Shown here piece after piece: positions 1 through 8,954 of a DNA stretch of 38,278 nucleotides. The DNA comes from a virus (lineage: Duplodnaviria > Caudoviricetes): IMG/VR virus record IMGVR_UViG_3300031449_000029, positions 1 to 38,278 of that record; one strand, written 5' to 3'. The translations under genes and the position numbers were made by a program. Position 1 is the stretch's first letter. Every line of letters begins with the position of its first letter. The notes below the pieces were generated by a model. It searched no databases and was not told the DNA's origin. It was given only the letters and a program-made list of their open reading frames with translations.

Positions 1-72
1 CTCCAGCGCCTCCAGCGCCTGTGCGTCGGTGAACGGCGTGGACGTGTCGTACTGACGTGCTATAAATCCCAT
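1..72 (-). CDS. N-terminus of putative IS4-family transposase (MGFIARQYDTSTPFTDAQALEALE..., truncated by window edge)
   Basis: ATG at 72 with strong RBS, 113 nt inside the putative IS end; only 24 codons visible. Confidence 0.45.
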   Translation of the reverse strand, partial: MGFIARQYDTSTPFTDAQALEALE

Positions 73-185
73 GAGATGACTCCTTCCTTGCAGGTGTGGC
101 GTCGTGCGATCGTCGTAAATCCCAGGATGCCACACAGAGCGGTTTGGAGTCATCTCATCGCTTTTTCCGTATCTAAACCGTATTG
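1..185 (-). mobile_element. Left end of probable IS4-family insertion sequence (continues beyond window start)
   Basis: Minus strand begins CAATACGGTTTAGATACGG at 185, resembling IS4-type terminal repeats. It abuts an N-terminally truncated SDR frame and is followed by RBS AAGGAAGGAG and an ATG at 72. Confidence 0.55.
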
Positions 186-582
186 GCCCTAGCCCGCGCG
201 TTCGCTGATGAAGGTGCCGCTGTGTTCGGCGCCTATCTCCGCCTCTTCGCGACGAACTCTACCGGCGCCCATAGCGACGACATGACGCCAGGGGGGAGCC
301 TGCCTGGAGAGGCTCTTTATCATGCACGGCAGGCGCTCCCCGCCGATGACGTGGTACGGTCTATCCATGACCGCGGCGGGCGCGTCGCGGCGATGGAGGT
401 TGACTTGTCGGACCCGGCGACCATTCCCCTGATCTTTGACCGGGCCGAAGCGGCGCTCGGCCCGGTCGAGGTGGTCGTCAACAACGCGGCTTCGTGGGAG
501 GCGGACACCTTTATCCCGCGCGCGCCCGGGACGCATGATCGCATCGATCGGGCGATCCACACGATCACGGCGCGTAGTATTG
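186..582 (+). pseudogene. Internal fragment of a short-chain dehydrogenase/reductase (SDR)
   Basis: ALARAFADEGAAV, VDLSDP and GPVEVVVNNAA (NNAG-like motif) are present. The GxxxGxG start and YxxxK end are absent, and SDR-like character stops after ITARSI. Confidence 0.8.
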
Positions 583-1002
583 TACAGAATACGTCTTTCC
601 ATGCACCCGCCCCGCATGCCCGTATGGCCTCACCTCACCGACCCCTTTCGTGTCCGGTGAGCGCGGTACAACCAACAAACAACACGTTCGCCCTCCGAAC
701 AACGCGCGGGTTCGCCGCCCGTCCGTGAGATGCTTGTGAGATATCCGCGCGCGCCGGACGATGGCGCGAACGCCCTTTCTCCCGGTCGTGCGCGCCCCAC
801 GGCAGAGGCCCCACCTAGCGCCGGATAGGTCATGTTTTGTGTCTACACACGTGACACGACACAAGCGTCCAAACGGTAGCGTTTGTGGGACGAACGCGAG
901 TTACAGATGGCGGCATGTTTGGTATAGTGCGTCGCAAGAGGCTCTGGCCCTGCCTCTTCTGGAGTTGTCCCCGCGCTTAGGCTGGTAGCGAAGGATAGAG
1001 CA

Positions 1003-1329
1003 ATGCAAAATGACTGGGAGATGTCCGCCACAGGTGTTGATGTGCAGCCCATTGACTCGGTATCTCAACATCCTCCGCTCATTACCGGTTGTCCTACGTG
1101 CGGTCAGCGCGTTGTCGTCAAGTCCGACGGATCGTACCGACCGATCACCGAACTACAACACAATTCGGAGAAAAGCTACCGCCAGCACTACCAACGTTTT
1201 GTATGGAAGATCATCGAGGAAACGCGCTTGTTGCCGAAAAAGGACTGGCGGGAACTGGTGAGCCGCCTTCACAAAGAAGCTCTACGCGTGAAAGGTAATA
1301 GCTGGTTGCTCCTCGATGAGGACCTTTAG
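1003..1329 (+). CDS. Hypothetical protein with CxxC motif
   Basis: 108-aa ORF, AAGGA upstream, lower GC, CPTCG motif; TGGTATAGT extended -10-like at ~920-928. Confidence 0.6.
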   Translation: MQNDWEMSATGVDVQPIDSVSQHPPLITGCPTCGQRVVVKSDGSYRPITELQHNSEKSYRQHYQRFVWKIIEETRLLPKKDWRELVSRLHKEALRVKGNSWLLLDEDL

Positions 1330-1381
1330 TTGACGTTGGGCGTCCCGCTTGATACGGTTGGTTGATAGTACGCTTGTTCTA
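1330..1381 (+). promoter_or_regulatory. Sigma70-type promoter followed by LexA-like box
   Basis: TTGACG-N17-TACGGT (1330-1358); TAGTACGCTTGTTCTA at 1366-1381 (reverse strand AGAAC-N4-GTACT). Confidence 0.55.
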
Positions 1382-1421
1382 GTGCGCGCGAGGCGGACGG
1401 CCCGCGCGGGAGGTGGCCCCA

Positions 1422-1856
1422 ATGCTGACGAGACCAGGGGGCGCCGTGCCCCCGATTGGCGGGAGTGTGTCGCCGGATGACGCGCTACGGAATCCGCGCC
1501 GACGCGCGGACGACCAGGCGCCCGACGTGGCCGACACGGATCACCTGAACCTGCTACGCCGTCTGACGACGCTGGTGCGGGGGCGTCCGGCCGTCGCCGA
1601 CGCGTTGCTTGAGGCGGCGCTGGACGGCCCCGACGCGGCGGCGCTCGACCGTGATGATCGGCGGCGGTGGTGCGAGATCATCGCCATCGCGGAGAGCGAC
1701 GGCCTGGCGCGGCCCGACCAGATTCGGCGCTGGCATGAGATCAACGCGCGCGTGCGCGCGGCCGGACTCGACCCGATGGTCTGCCGTCCGTACACGGTCC
1801 ATCCTGACGACGCCGATCTGTCCGCCGCGGCGCGCGCTCTCTACGCCACGCCCTGA
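1422..1856 (+). CDS. Hypothetical protein, candidate SOS-regulated antirepressor
   Basis: GGAGGT RBS 7 nt before ATG 1422; convergent with the repressor; function inferred only from context. Confidence 0.55.
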   Translation: MLTRPGGAVPPIGGSVSPDDALRNPRRRADDQAPDVADTDHLNLLRRLTTLVRGRPAVADALLEAALDGPDAAALDRDDRRRWCEIIAIAESDGLARPDQIRRWHEINARVRAAGLDPMVCRPYTVHPDDADLSAAARALYATP

Positions 1857-1926
1857 TCGGCCGACCCGCGTTTCTTGTCCCCTGTCCCTTGTCGATGGCG
1901 AGCGCCAGCCCCGCTCGTCGCGCATC

Positions 1927-2436
1927 CTACGCGTCGTTGGCGCGTTCGACGCCGGTATCCTCCTCGACGCCCGGCCCCTCGGCGGGCATTTCCTCGGCGG
2001 CCTGTCCCGTGAGCGCCAGGCGCTCCATCCTCTCTTGAATCTCCACCCCACGCAGGAACAGCAGTTGCGTGTCTTTGCTCAGCGCGCGGAAGCGCGTCAT
2101 GAGCGCGCGCTCGGTCGCGGTGCGCGGCGTGAGATCCTCCCGTGGCGCGGGCGGCGCGGCCGTGCGGTTCGCGAGCGCGCGCAAGTGCGCGGGGTCAGCG
2201 CCCATGACCGCCGCGACTTTCTCAATGCTGGGGATGCTCGGCCGCGACTTCCCCGTCAACCATGTTCCGATGGTGCTCTTACCGATCTTCGCTTTTGTCG
2301 ACAGCTTGGTCTCGGGCATATCGTGCGCGGCCAGATGCTCCGTGATGGCGTCATTGAGCAGTTGCCAGTCTATTGGCTTGTTCGTGTCGCGCTCACCGAC
2401 GGGCCTACCCCTGCGTCTCCGCTCCTGTCCTCCCAT
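1927..2436 (-). CDS. XRE-family HTH repressor (CI-like, no peptidase domain)
   Basis: ETKLSTKAKIGKSTIGTWLTGKSRPSIPSIEKVAAVMG is a typical HTH_XRE; divergent from Cro-like gene. Confidence 0.85.
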   Translation of the reverse strand: MGGQERRRRGRPVGERDTNKPIDWQLLNDAITEHLAAHDMPETKLSTKAKIGKSTIGTWLTGKSRPSIPSIEKVAAVMGADPAHLRALANRTAAPPAPREDLTPRTATERALMTRFRALSKDTQLLFLRGVEIQERMERLALTGQAAEEMPAEGPGVEEDTGVERANDA

Positions 2437-2682
2437 ATGTCCCCCTCTCTCCTCCACTGTTCATGCGCATCGCTAGCAGCGCACGTCCGTCGCCCCTCTC
2501 GCCTCTGTCGTTCGCCAGACATAGCGTGCGTTCGCCAGACACCCCCTCCATCGGCTAGCGTACAGCGTTCATCTCCCATTTGTCACGCGTTCACCTCTAT
2601 TTGGGCGCCCCTATCCACATTTACCCCCTTTTAGGCACGTTGACATCCCCCTTTTTGGCTAGTGAGCACCCTAAAGATGGTA

Positions 2683-2711
2683 TTGACTTGCGACCGAACA
2701 TATAGTACGAT
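2683..2711 (+). promoter_or_regulatory. Rightward early promoter with embedded palindromic operator
   Basis: TTGACT-N17-TACGAT; CGAACATATAGTACG at 2695-2709 overlaps spacer and -10. Confidence 0.65.
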
Positions 2712-2769
2712 GAGCATACGGACGCGGGCGGTGTCCGGTGAGCGTGTCGAGACAAAGGAGGACGACGCG

Positions 2770-3120
2770 ATGACAGACTCTCTCGCGGGACAGGACGGCG
2801 ACCTGGCGGCCCTATTTGGGGCGGCGCCCGTCTTTACCGCGTTGTACACCTATCGGCCCAGCGTCGTCGAGCGCGAGACGGGGTTGGATCCCCGCACGCT
2901 GCGGAACAAGCGCGATCGCGGGGCCACGTTTTCGCACGAGGACGCCGACGCGATCGTGGCGTTTTTGGCCAAGCACACCGGTCGTTCCTGGACGCGTGGC
3001 AAACTCTTTGTCGCGGGCCAGGTCCGTCTCCCCACGCAGACCAAGCGCGGTACCTCCCGTTCCCGCCGATCGGCGGACACGCAAAAGGCGGCTGAGTCGC
3101 TCACCGACTCAGCCGCCTGA
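2770..3120 (+). CDS. Cro-like HTH protein
   Basis: AAGGAG RBS; PSVVERETGLDPRTLRNKR HTH-like; first gene divergent from the repressor. Confidence 0.65.
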   Translation: MTDSLAGQDGDLAALFGAAPVFTALYTYRPSVVERETGLDPRTLRNKRDRGATFSHEDADAIVAFLAKHTGRSWTRGKLFVAGQVRLPTQTKRGTSRSRRSADTQKAAESLTDSAA

Positions 3121-3142
3121 TTAGACACAGAGGTCTACCCCA

Positions 3143-3760
3143 ATGGCTATGGTACACGATACCCCTATCCCGACGCAAGTGACGCCAGGTGACGCCGCTC
3201 CGAAACCGCCCCGCACGACGACGGTGCGCCCCGCGTGGCCACCGTATGCGCACAGAACGGTGGAGGCTATCCCCGGCCGACGCCGCATGTTCTATGTCGA
3301 GAGCAGTGACCCCAAGGAGGGTCCCCACACGGTCGATTTAGAGGAACTGACCTGCACCTGCCTCTATTTCGTGATGGTGCGCTCCATCTTTCCCCCCACC
3401 GACCCGCTGTGCGTTGATACGCACATGCTCTATGCGCGCGACTATGAGATCACGCTGCGTGACACACGCGACCCAACGCTGGACGCGCTCATCGAGCGAC
3501 TGCCGAACACCGCGCCGGTTGTGCTTATCGGCGGCAAAATCATTGAGGCCGATAAATATCCAGCCGCAACGCCATCGTATGCGGCGGTTGGTGGCGATGT
3601 TGATATTGACGTGCCGAGTTCGCCAAACGGGCCTTCGCCACGACGCAATGCGCACGTCAAGACTCTCTCGATCAGTGTGACGTGTCCCTCGTGCGGCAAG
3701 ACGGTCCCTACCCTCTATCACGGCCAGTGCGGCGTGTGCCGCTTACAGGGAGCGTTCTGA
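3143..3760 (+). CDS. SWIM-like zinc-finger protein with C-terminal Cys4 ribbon
   Basis: HTVDLEELTCTC...CVDTHM; C-terminal CPSC...CGVC. Confidence 0.6.
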   Translation: MAMVHDTPIPTQVTPGDAAPKPPRTTTVRPAWPPYAHRTVEAIPGRRRMFYVESSDPKEGPHTVDLEELTCTCLYFVMVRSIFPPTDPLCVDTHMLYARDYEITLRDTRDPTLDALIERLPNTAPVVLIGGKIIEADKYPAATPSYAAVGGDVDIDVPSSPNGPSPRRNAHVKTLSISVTCPSCGKTVPTLYHGQCGVCRLQGAF

Positions 3761-3969
3761 TGCGTACTGACTATTTTATCAAGCGCGCGGGCGACAAGAT
3801 GGTGCTGCACACGCCGCAGGGCCGAACGGCGATGTCGGCCGACGTGACCGATCACGTGGGCATTGAGGAGTTGCGGCGCGTGCGTGAGGCCATGAACGGT
3901 GGGAAGCGCGGGATGCCGACGAACGAGGCGAGGACGATGACGATGATGGGGACAAAGGTGGCGGCATGA
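3760..3969 (+). CDS. Hypothetical protein
   Basis: TGATG overlap coupling to upstream gene. Confidence 0.55.
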   Translation: MRTDYFIKRAGDKMVLHTPQGRTAMSADVTDHVGIEELRRVREAMNGGKRGMPTNEARTMTMMGTKVAA

Positions 3970-4316
3970 TCAGCGACACCTATACCGCGGGCGCGGCCAT
4001 CGTCACCGTGCTGGACGGCCCCGACCGCTTTGTCGTCACGACGGCGCATCACCGCTCGGGCGACCTCGCCAGTTGCGTCTATTCCGGCGCGCCCGACGAC
4101 CTAACGTTTTTCGACGCACAAGGTGTCGTCGTCCTGCACATGCGCGCGACGCTGGACAGCGGGACGGGCCTCGCCACGTCGCCCGCGTTCGCGGCGGGCA
4201 GCGCCTACGCCTACTACTGGGACGGCGCCCCGGAACGTGACGAGGCGCACGCGGCCGTGGTGGCGTTGGTCGACGCGGGCGAGATTGCGGCGCACCGGTT
4301 AGGGCGGGTGGCGTGA
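3966..4316 (+). CDS. Hypothetical protein
   Basis: ATGA overlap with upstream gene, coupled to downstream gene. Confidence 0.6.
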   Translation: MISDTYTAGAAIVTVLDGPDRFVVTTAHHRSGDLASCVYSGAPDDLTFFDAQGVVVLHMRATLDSGTGLATSPAFAAGSAYAYYWDGAPERDEAHAAVVALVDAGEIAAHRLGRVA

Positions 4317-5050
4317 TGGCGTTCACCGACGAGCAACGCGCGCTGCTGAACGCGCCCCTGGAGCCTGATATGGTCAGCCAGCGGCAACAGTCCGGCCGCT
4401 CCCTATCCTACCTAGAGGGATGGGAAGCGATCGCCCAGGCCAACACCATTTTGGGGCATGATGGCTGGAGCCACACGATCACACGCCTGGACTATAACCC
4501 CGATGTGCGCTCCTACCTCGCCATTGTCATGGTACGCGTCCACGACGCGGCGGGCGCGCTCTTGACGCAACACGAGGACGTTGGCTTCGGGATCGTGGCG
4601 GGCGCGGCCGACAAACCCGAGAGCCACGAAACGGCCGTCAAGGGGGCCGTGACCGACGCCATGAAGCGGGCGCTACGCTGCCTGGGCGATCAGTTCGGGA
4701 ACACGCTGTACGACAAGCAAAGCGTGCTGCACAAGACGGCGGGGCAACCGCAGCGGGCGTCTGGCGCCGCCCCGCAACGGGATGCGCGGCCACCCGCCGC
4801 GCCCGAGCGCGACACACGCCCATCACAGCTGGCCGCACGGCCAGCTGTGAACCCCGCCGACATGAGCGAGGTCGCGCTGGCGCTCGGTGGCCGTCTGGAG
4901 GGCGCGCACGACGAAAAGGATGTCAAGGCGGTCGGCGCGGATATCGGGAAGGCGCGCGCACAAAATCTCATTAGTGAGTCAGAAGCGGGCACGCTGCGCG
5001 GTGTCTATCGGACACGCCTGCAAGCGGTTGCTGTTGAGGTCATCCGCTGA
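4316..5050 (+). CDS. Rad52/Rad22-family (Sak-like) single-strand annealing protein
   Basis: LSYLEGWEAIAQANTILGHDGWS, HEDVGFG and KGAVTDAMKRALRCLGDQFGNTLYDK are Rad52 family signatures. Confidence 0.92.
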   Translation: MAFTDEQRALLNAPLEPDMVSQRQQSGRSLSYLEGWEAIAQANTILGHDGWSHTITRLDYNPDVRSYLAIVMVRVHDAAGALLTQHEDVGFGIVAGAADKPESHETAVKGAVTDAMKRALRCLGDQFGNTLYDKQSVLHKTAGQPQRASGAAPQRDARPPAAPERDTRPSQLAARPAVNPADMSEVALALGGRLEGAHDEKDVKAVGADIGKARAQNLISESEAGTLRGVYRTRLQAVAVEVIR

Positions 5051-5529
5051 TGCTCCAATCCTACGACGGCTACACCTACGAGGACGTTGAACCCGCCGTG
5101 ACGGCGGGCGCGATCCCCCTTGAGGCCCTGCGCGCCACGGTGGACCGCACGGCCAAGGGCGACAGCGGCACGCTCACGTTGCCCGTCGCCGTGCGTGACC
5201 CGCAGGGCGTCAGAGAGGGCCACGGTGTGCGTGTGCTCACGATCACGCTCATCGTCCCGGCCGACCGCACACGCCCCGCCACGGCCGTCCTGATGACGCC
5301 GTGCGGCGACCACGAGACGCGTGCCGCCGCCTTCGCCCAGGCGGGGGAGGACATCGCCTGCCGCGTGAACGACGCGCTGCGGGACCGGGACGCGCGCCGC
5401 GCCCGCTTCTACGACCGGATGCTGCCGGCGCTGGAAAGCGAGCGCCAGCGCGCCCTGCGCTTCGTGCTGGACGAGAAGAGCCGCCGCCAGTCGTCGCGCG
5501 TAACGACGGGCCTAAAGGGGAAGTTGTAA
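5050..5529 (+). CDS. Hypothetical protein
   Basis: Translationally coupled ORF, high GC3. Confidence 0.6.
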   Translation: MLQSYDGYTYEDVEPAVTAGAIPLEALRATVDRTAKGDSGTLTLPVAVRDPQGVREGHGVRVLTITLIVPADRTRPATAVLMTPCGDHETRAAAFAQAGEDIACRVNDALRDRDARRARFYDRMLPALESERQRALRFVLDEKSRRQSSRVTTGLKGKL

Positions 5530-5822
5530 TGGACAAGATCCTGACGTACACACGGCACGCGGGGCCAGCGAATGACGCGCCCCCGCCCCCACCGGAGCAG
5601 CGGGGGCCGCACCCGACCATCCTCGCGGTCGTGCGTGAGTTGCGCGCGGCCGATGAGGAGCTGCGGGCGATCCCCGCCTACGACGACGCCATCCCCTCCG
5701 CAGAGATGGAAGAGCAGACGGCCGGGGCCGCGCGGGGTCTGCTGGTTGGGTGTGCCGTCTACCTCGCGTTGGTGGCTATCTGCATCGTTATCAAGATCGT
5801 TGCGCACGCAATGGGGGTGTAG
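5529..5822 (+). CDS. Hypothetical protein with C-terminal transmembrane segment
   Basis: TAATG overlap; hydrophobic LLVGCAVYLALVAICIVIKIV. Confidence 0.6.
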   Translation: MDKILTYTRHAGPANDAPPPPPEQRGPHPTILAVVRELRAADEELRAIPAYDDAIPSAEMEEQTAGAARGLLVGCAVYLALVAICIVIKIVAHAMGV

Positions 5823-5824
5823 AG

Positions 5825-6121
5825 ATGCGGGAGATGAGTGGAATGCGACCGATCCGGCACATCGAGGCCGATCTGAGCGAACTGGAGCAGTACATCACGG
5901 CGAACGCGATGGCCCTGGACGGCCTGACGGAGCAACTGGCGACCGACCTTGCCCCGTGGGGTTGGACCCTCATGCGGCAAGGGTTGCGGCGGCGCTGGGC
6001 CGCGCAGTTCGGCCGGCGGCGGCTGGACCTCTTACTCGAACTGACGACGACCCGCGACGCCGAGGACGCCCTGTTTTATCGTGACCACGCCGCGCACGAC
6101 ACGAGGAGGGCCGCACGATGA
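5825..6121 (+). CDS. Hypothetical protein
   Basis: ATG 3 nt after previous stop; coupled downstream. Confidence 0.55.
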   Translation: MREMSGMRPIRHIEADLSELEQYITANAMALDGLTEQLATDLAPWGWTLMRQGLRRRWAAQFGRRRLDLLLELTTTRDAEDALFYRDHAAHDTRRAAR

Positions 6122-6408
6122 CCACACGGACAACCGAGGAGCGCGGCGACACGACAGACCCCATCGGCCTGGACATGGCGCTGGAGGCGCTGTTGGTGGC
6201 CTGGGAGGAGAGCGTCGTCACGGCCGAGGCGGCGGGGCGCGTGGTCTACGGCGTCGCGCACGCCGGAGGTCTGTGGTACTACGGCCCCGAGTGCGTCCCC
6301 GACCTTGTGAACGACTACACCGGTATCACGAACGGCCGCGCCGCCACGTCGCTTGAGGTGGCCGTCAAGAGGGCGACGGCATTGAACAGGGGAGAGGTAA
6401 CGCGATGA
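6118..6408 (+). CDS. Hypothetical protein
   Basis: GAGGAGG RBS, ATGA overlap. Confidence 0.6.
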   Translation: MTTRTTEERGDTTDPIGLDMALEALLVAWEESVVTAEAAGRVVYGVAHAGGLWYYGPECVPDLVNDYTGITNGRAATSLEVAVKRATALNRGEVTR

Positions 6409-6677
6409 GCAGCACACGCATTGACCTGGCGGCGCTGGAGGTGGAGGTAGACCTGCACCGGGCCGATGCCCTGCGCCACGCCCAGGCGTACAACAATCTG
6501 CGCTACCGGCTGATCGCGCGGCCCGACCTGCCGCGCCGGGATCGCAAGATGTACGAACGGGCTCTGGCGGCCGAGAAAGACGCGACGGGGCGCGCGACGC
6601 GGGCGCTGCTGGCGGCGGGCGCGCGGCTCGACGCGGTGGTTGCGGCAGACGTGGCGGCGCGGATGGCGCGACGATGA
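6405..6677 (+). CDS. Hypothetical protein
   Basis: GAGGT RBS, ATGA overlap. Confidence 0.6.
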   Translation: MSSTRIDLAALEVEVDLHRADALRHAQAYNNLRYRLIARPDLPRRDRKMYERALAAEKDATGRATRALLAAGARLDAVVAADVAARMARR

Positions 6678-6691
6678 ACACATCAATCCAA

Positions 6692-7270
6692 TTAGACGGC
6701 AGGATTCAACCGAATAGCCCGCTCCCGTATAGCTATAAGATCGTCGGCCAGGATACGCCCTGTCTCGACAAGCCGATGGCAGTTAGGGCAAAGGATAATT
6801 CCGTTGCTCAGAAGATGCTTGCCTCCCTTGCGCCGGGGGGTGATATGGTGCCCATCACACGACGCCTCGTTCCATCCACAGCGCATACAGGACTCACCAT
6901 AAGCGCGTCTAAGAGCCATCATCCATGCACTCCTGTTTGCATACTCGGAGCGCGCCGCTATGGTGTACGACCGGCCCTTATTCCAGGGGGTCGCGGGCCG
7001 AACCTTGTTCAGCGCATGCACGGACGCTCGCTTTTGGACCTCAGTTTTACGCCGCTGCTGATGTCCCGCGATGTAGCGCGCCGGTCGCCCTTTAGCATCC
7101 AAGATAGGGCGCGTACAGCCGCATCCGCACGCACATTCAACCAACGGCACGGGGGGTTTCTGGTGTCTGCCCTGGTGCCCGTGAAGCCACTTTCGCGGCC
7201 GACCTATAGCGTCAAACGCGGAAATCACCGCGCCACACCCGCACGCGCACGATATAACGTCCATGCTCAT
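6692..7270 (-). CDS. HNH endonuclease with N-terminal CACGCG repeats
   Basis: CMRCG...DGHHITPRRKGGKHLLSNGIILCPNCHRLV is an HNH motif; two CACGCG...GH units; AGGAGG RBS; TATAAT at 7316-7321 on minus strand. Confidence 0.9.
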   Translation of the reverse strand: MSMDVISCACGCGAVISAFDAIGRPRKWLHGHQGRHQKPPVPLVECACGCGCTRPILDAKGRPARYIAGHQQRRKTEVQKRASVHALNKVRPATPWNKGRSYTIAARSEYANRSAWMMALRRAYGESCMRCGWNEASCDGHHITPRRKGGKHLLSNGIILCPNCHRLVETGRILADDLIAIRERAIRLNPAV

Positions 7271-7327
7271 TCCCTCCTAATGCATTTTACATCATATCTA
7301 GGAATGACGGACGACATTATAAAGAGC

Positions 7328-7423
7328 GACAGCACCCGCTACAAGATGGTCGGCAATGGTGCGGCCGTGCCCGTGTTCGCCTGGGTCGGCCGACGCATCG
7401 CTGCGGTGGATCTGGCCGCGTGA
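7328..7423 (+). pseudogene. C-terminal remnant of a C5 cytosine DNA methyltransferase
   Basis: DSTRYKMVGNGAAVPVFAWVGRRI matches motif X (GNAV-like); motifs I-IX are absent. Confidence 0.75.
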
Positions 7424-7473
7424 CGACCTCTATCACTACCGACAACCGTTTAGCGGCACGAAGGAGCACACGC

Positions 7474-7938
7474 ATGAGCGACGGAGCACAGCAGGGCATC
7501 ACGCCCGAGCGCGCGTTAGGAACGATCCTGGGCGGCGAGCCCGCGCCGAGCGAGGACGAGGGCATGAGCCGGGAGGCGATGGAGACGCGCATCATGGCCG
7601 CGCCCTATCCCCCGGAGACCTATGACGACGCGGCGCTGGGGATGGCGCGGTTCATCCTGACGACGCTGCGGGCCCATCCCGACATCGCAACCCACCCCGT
7701 CGAGATGGAACTGGACATGAAGAACTCGACGCCCGACAACATCATCGTGACGTGCAAGGGATGGAGCGGCCTGTTGAAAGAGGTGGACCCGGAGGGCTAC
7801 GCACGGGCCTGTAGTGGTATTAGCGGCTTCCAGTGGGGCTACGCCGTAAACGCGGCGCGCTACGTCCTTGACCTGCATGAGGTCGCCAACCCGGCTCTCG
7901 TGACCGTCCACATCGGTGACGCGGGCGACGAGGGCTAG
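7474..7938 (+). CDS. Hypothetical protein
   Basis: AAGGAG RBS before ATG 7474; high GC3. Confidence 0.65.
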   Translation: MSDGAQQGITPERALGTILGGEPAPSEDEGMSREAMETRIMAAPYPPETYDDAALGMARFILTTLRAHPDIATHPVEMELDMKNSTPDNIIVTCKGWSGLLKEVDPEGYARACSGISGFQWGYAVNAARYVLDLHEVANPALVTVHIGDAGDEG

Positions 7939-8454
7939 TGTGAAGAAGATTATCAGTCTCTTCCAGCGCGACTACGAGACGGACGCGCGCCTCGTGCGCG
8001 ACGAGATCACCCCCGGCGCCGCGTGGGTCACTCACGGTCAGGGCAGCGCAACGGTCAAGCACGACGGCACATGCTGTCTCGTGCGCGACAGACGCCTCTA
8101 CAAGCGGTACGACGCCAAGCACGGCAAGACGCCGCCAGCGGGCTTCGAGCCCGCCGAGGACGCGGCCGACCCCGTGACCGGACATTGGCCGGGATGGCTA
8201 CCCGTGGGGGACGCGCCGGAGGATCGCTGGCATCGGGAGGCGTTCGCGCACTATCGCCCCTCGGCCGAAACGTTGCTCGACTGTACCCCCGTCGATGGGA
8301 CATATGAGTTGTGCGGGCCAAAGGTACAGGGCAACCCCGAGCGCCTTGAGCGGCACATCCTCATCCCGCACGGCAGCGCCGCCTTGCATGACGCGCCACG
8401 CGACTACGCGGGCCTTACGGCGTATCTAGCGGGGCACGACATCGAGGGGATTGT

Positions 8455-8724
8455 GTCACCTACCCACCGCTGGACGCGGGTGGGCTTGCCCTCACTCACC
8501 AGCCCCGTTGGACAACTTTCGGGCTTCCCCTCCGACGAATCGGAGAGCATCCCTCTCGGGATGGGGCCGGGTGATGTGATGTCCAGTCGCCAACCACGAG
8601 GATCGGCTTACGCTGCTCTGGACCGGCCCGTTGGGGGTTACCCCAACAAAAGGGTTGTGAGGAATGCTCCTCTCGCCCGTGCGCTTAAACCGTTTCACCC
8701 GAAGGTGTGCCTTGACGCGCACCC
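8455..8724 (-). ncRNA. Structured omegaRNA-like RNA (~270 nt plus flank-derived 3' guide), copy 1
   Basis: TGGTATAAT at 8735-8727; stems covary with copy 2; UUCG and GNRA loops read on the minus strand. Confidence 0.65.
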
Positions 8725-8822
8725 TTATTATACCAAAAACAGGGCCAAAGCCTGCTACAGCGTGGGGGCCTCCTCCTAGGGCTCAAGCCCCTGGGCTCCC
8801 GCCCTTGAAAGGTAAACGCGGT
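8455..8822 (-). mobile_element. Non-autonomous IS200/IS605-type mini-element, copy 1 (368 bp)
   Basis: Minus strand: GCCAC target, then left end with GGAG plus hairpin, right end CAAG plus hairpin ending TGAC; no target duplication; exact removal restores the host gene. Confidence 0.85.
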
Positions 8823-8954
8823 GTGGCATCACTCGGACGGCCGCATGGTCAAAATCAAGGCAAGGGATCTAGGTGTGACGCGCGGACAGCCGGCCGAGAG
8901 TGTGGCCGAGCATAACCCGCGCAACGATGAGACGACCGCATAGGGAGGGGACGC

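Larger units (their letters stand above)
7940..8943 (+). pseudogene. RNA-ligase-like nucleotidyltransferase interrupted by mini-IS at 8455-8822
   Basis: Motif I KHDGT and YELCGPKVQGNPE. Removing 8455-8822 restores DIEGIV-WHHSDGRMVKIKARD (motifs IV and V) in frame to TAG 8943. Confidence 0.85.

Noticed and set aside
8580-8630. HDV-like ribozyme suggested by minus-strand TCCTCG and GGCCGG
   Set aside because: Pairings are nested hairpins, not the double-pseudoknot order required.
8492-8722. 76-aa minus-strand ORF inside mini-IS copy 1, and read-through tails of ORFs 7916-8779 and 22795-23325
   Set aside because: No equivalent ORF is listed for copy 2, and variation follows base-pairing rather than codons.
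8455-8822. Group I or group II intron interpretation of the repeated element
   Set aside because: No recognisable group I P7 core or group II domain V. The structured strand is antisense to the host gene, and the ends follow IS200/IS605 rules.
8455-8822. IscB/HEARO omegaRNA on the plus strand
   Set aside because: The GTCACCTACCC start is similar, but the promoter and stable tetraloops point to the minus strand and no IscB is present. Not fully excluded without a covariance-model search.
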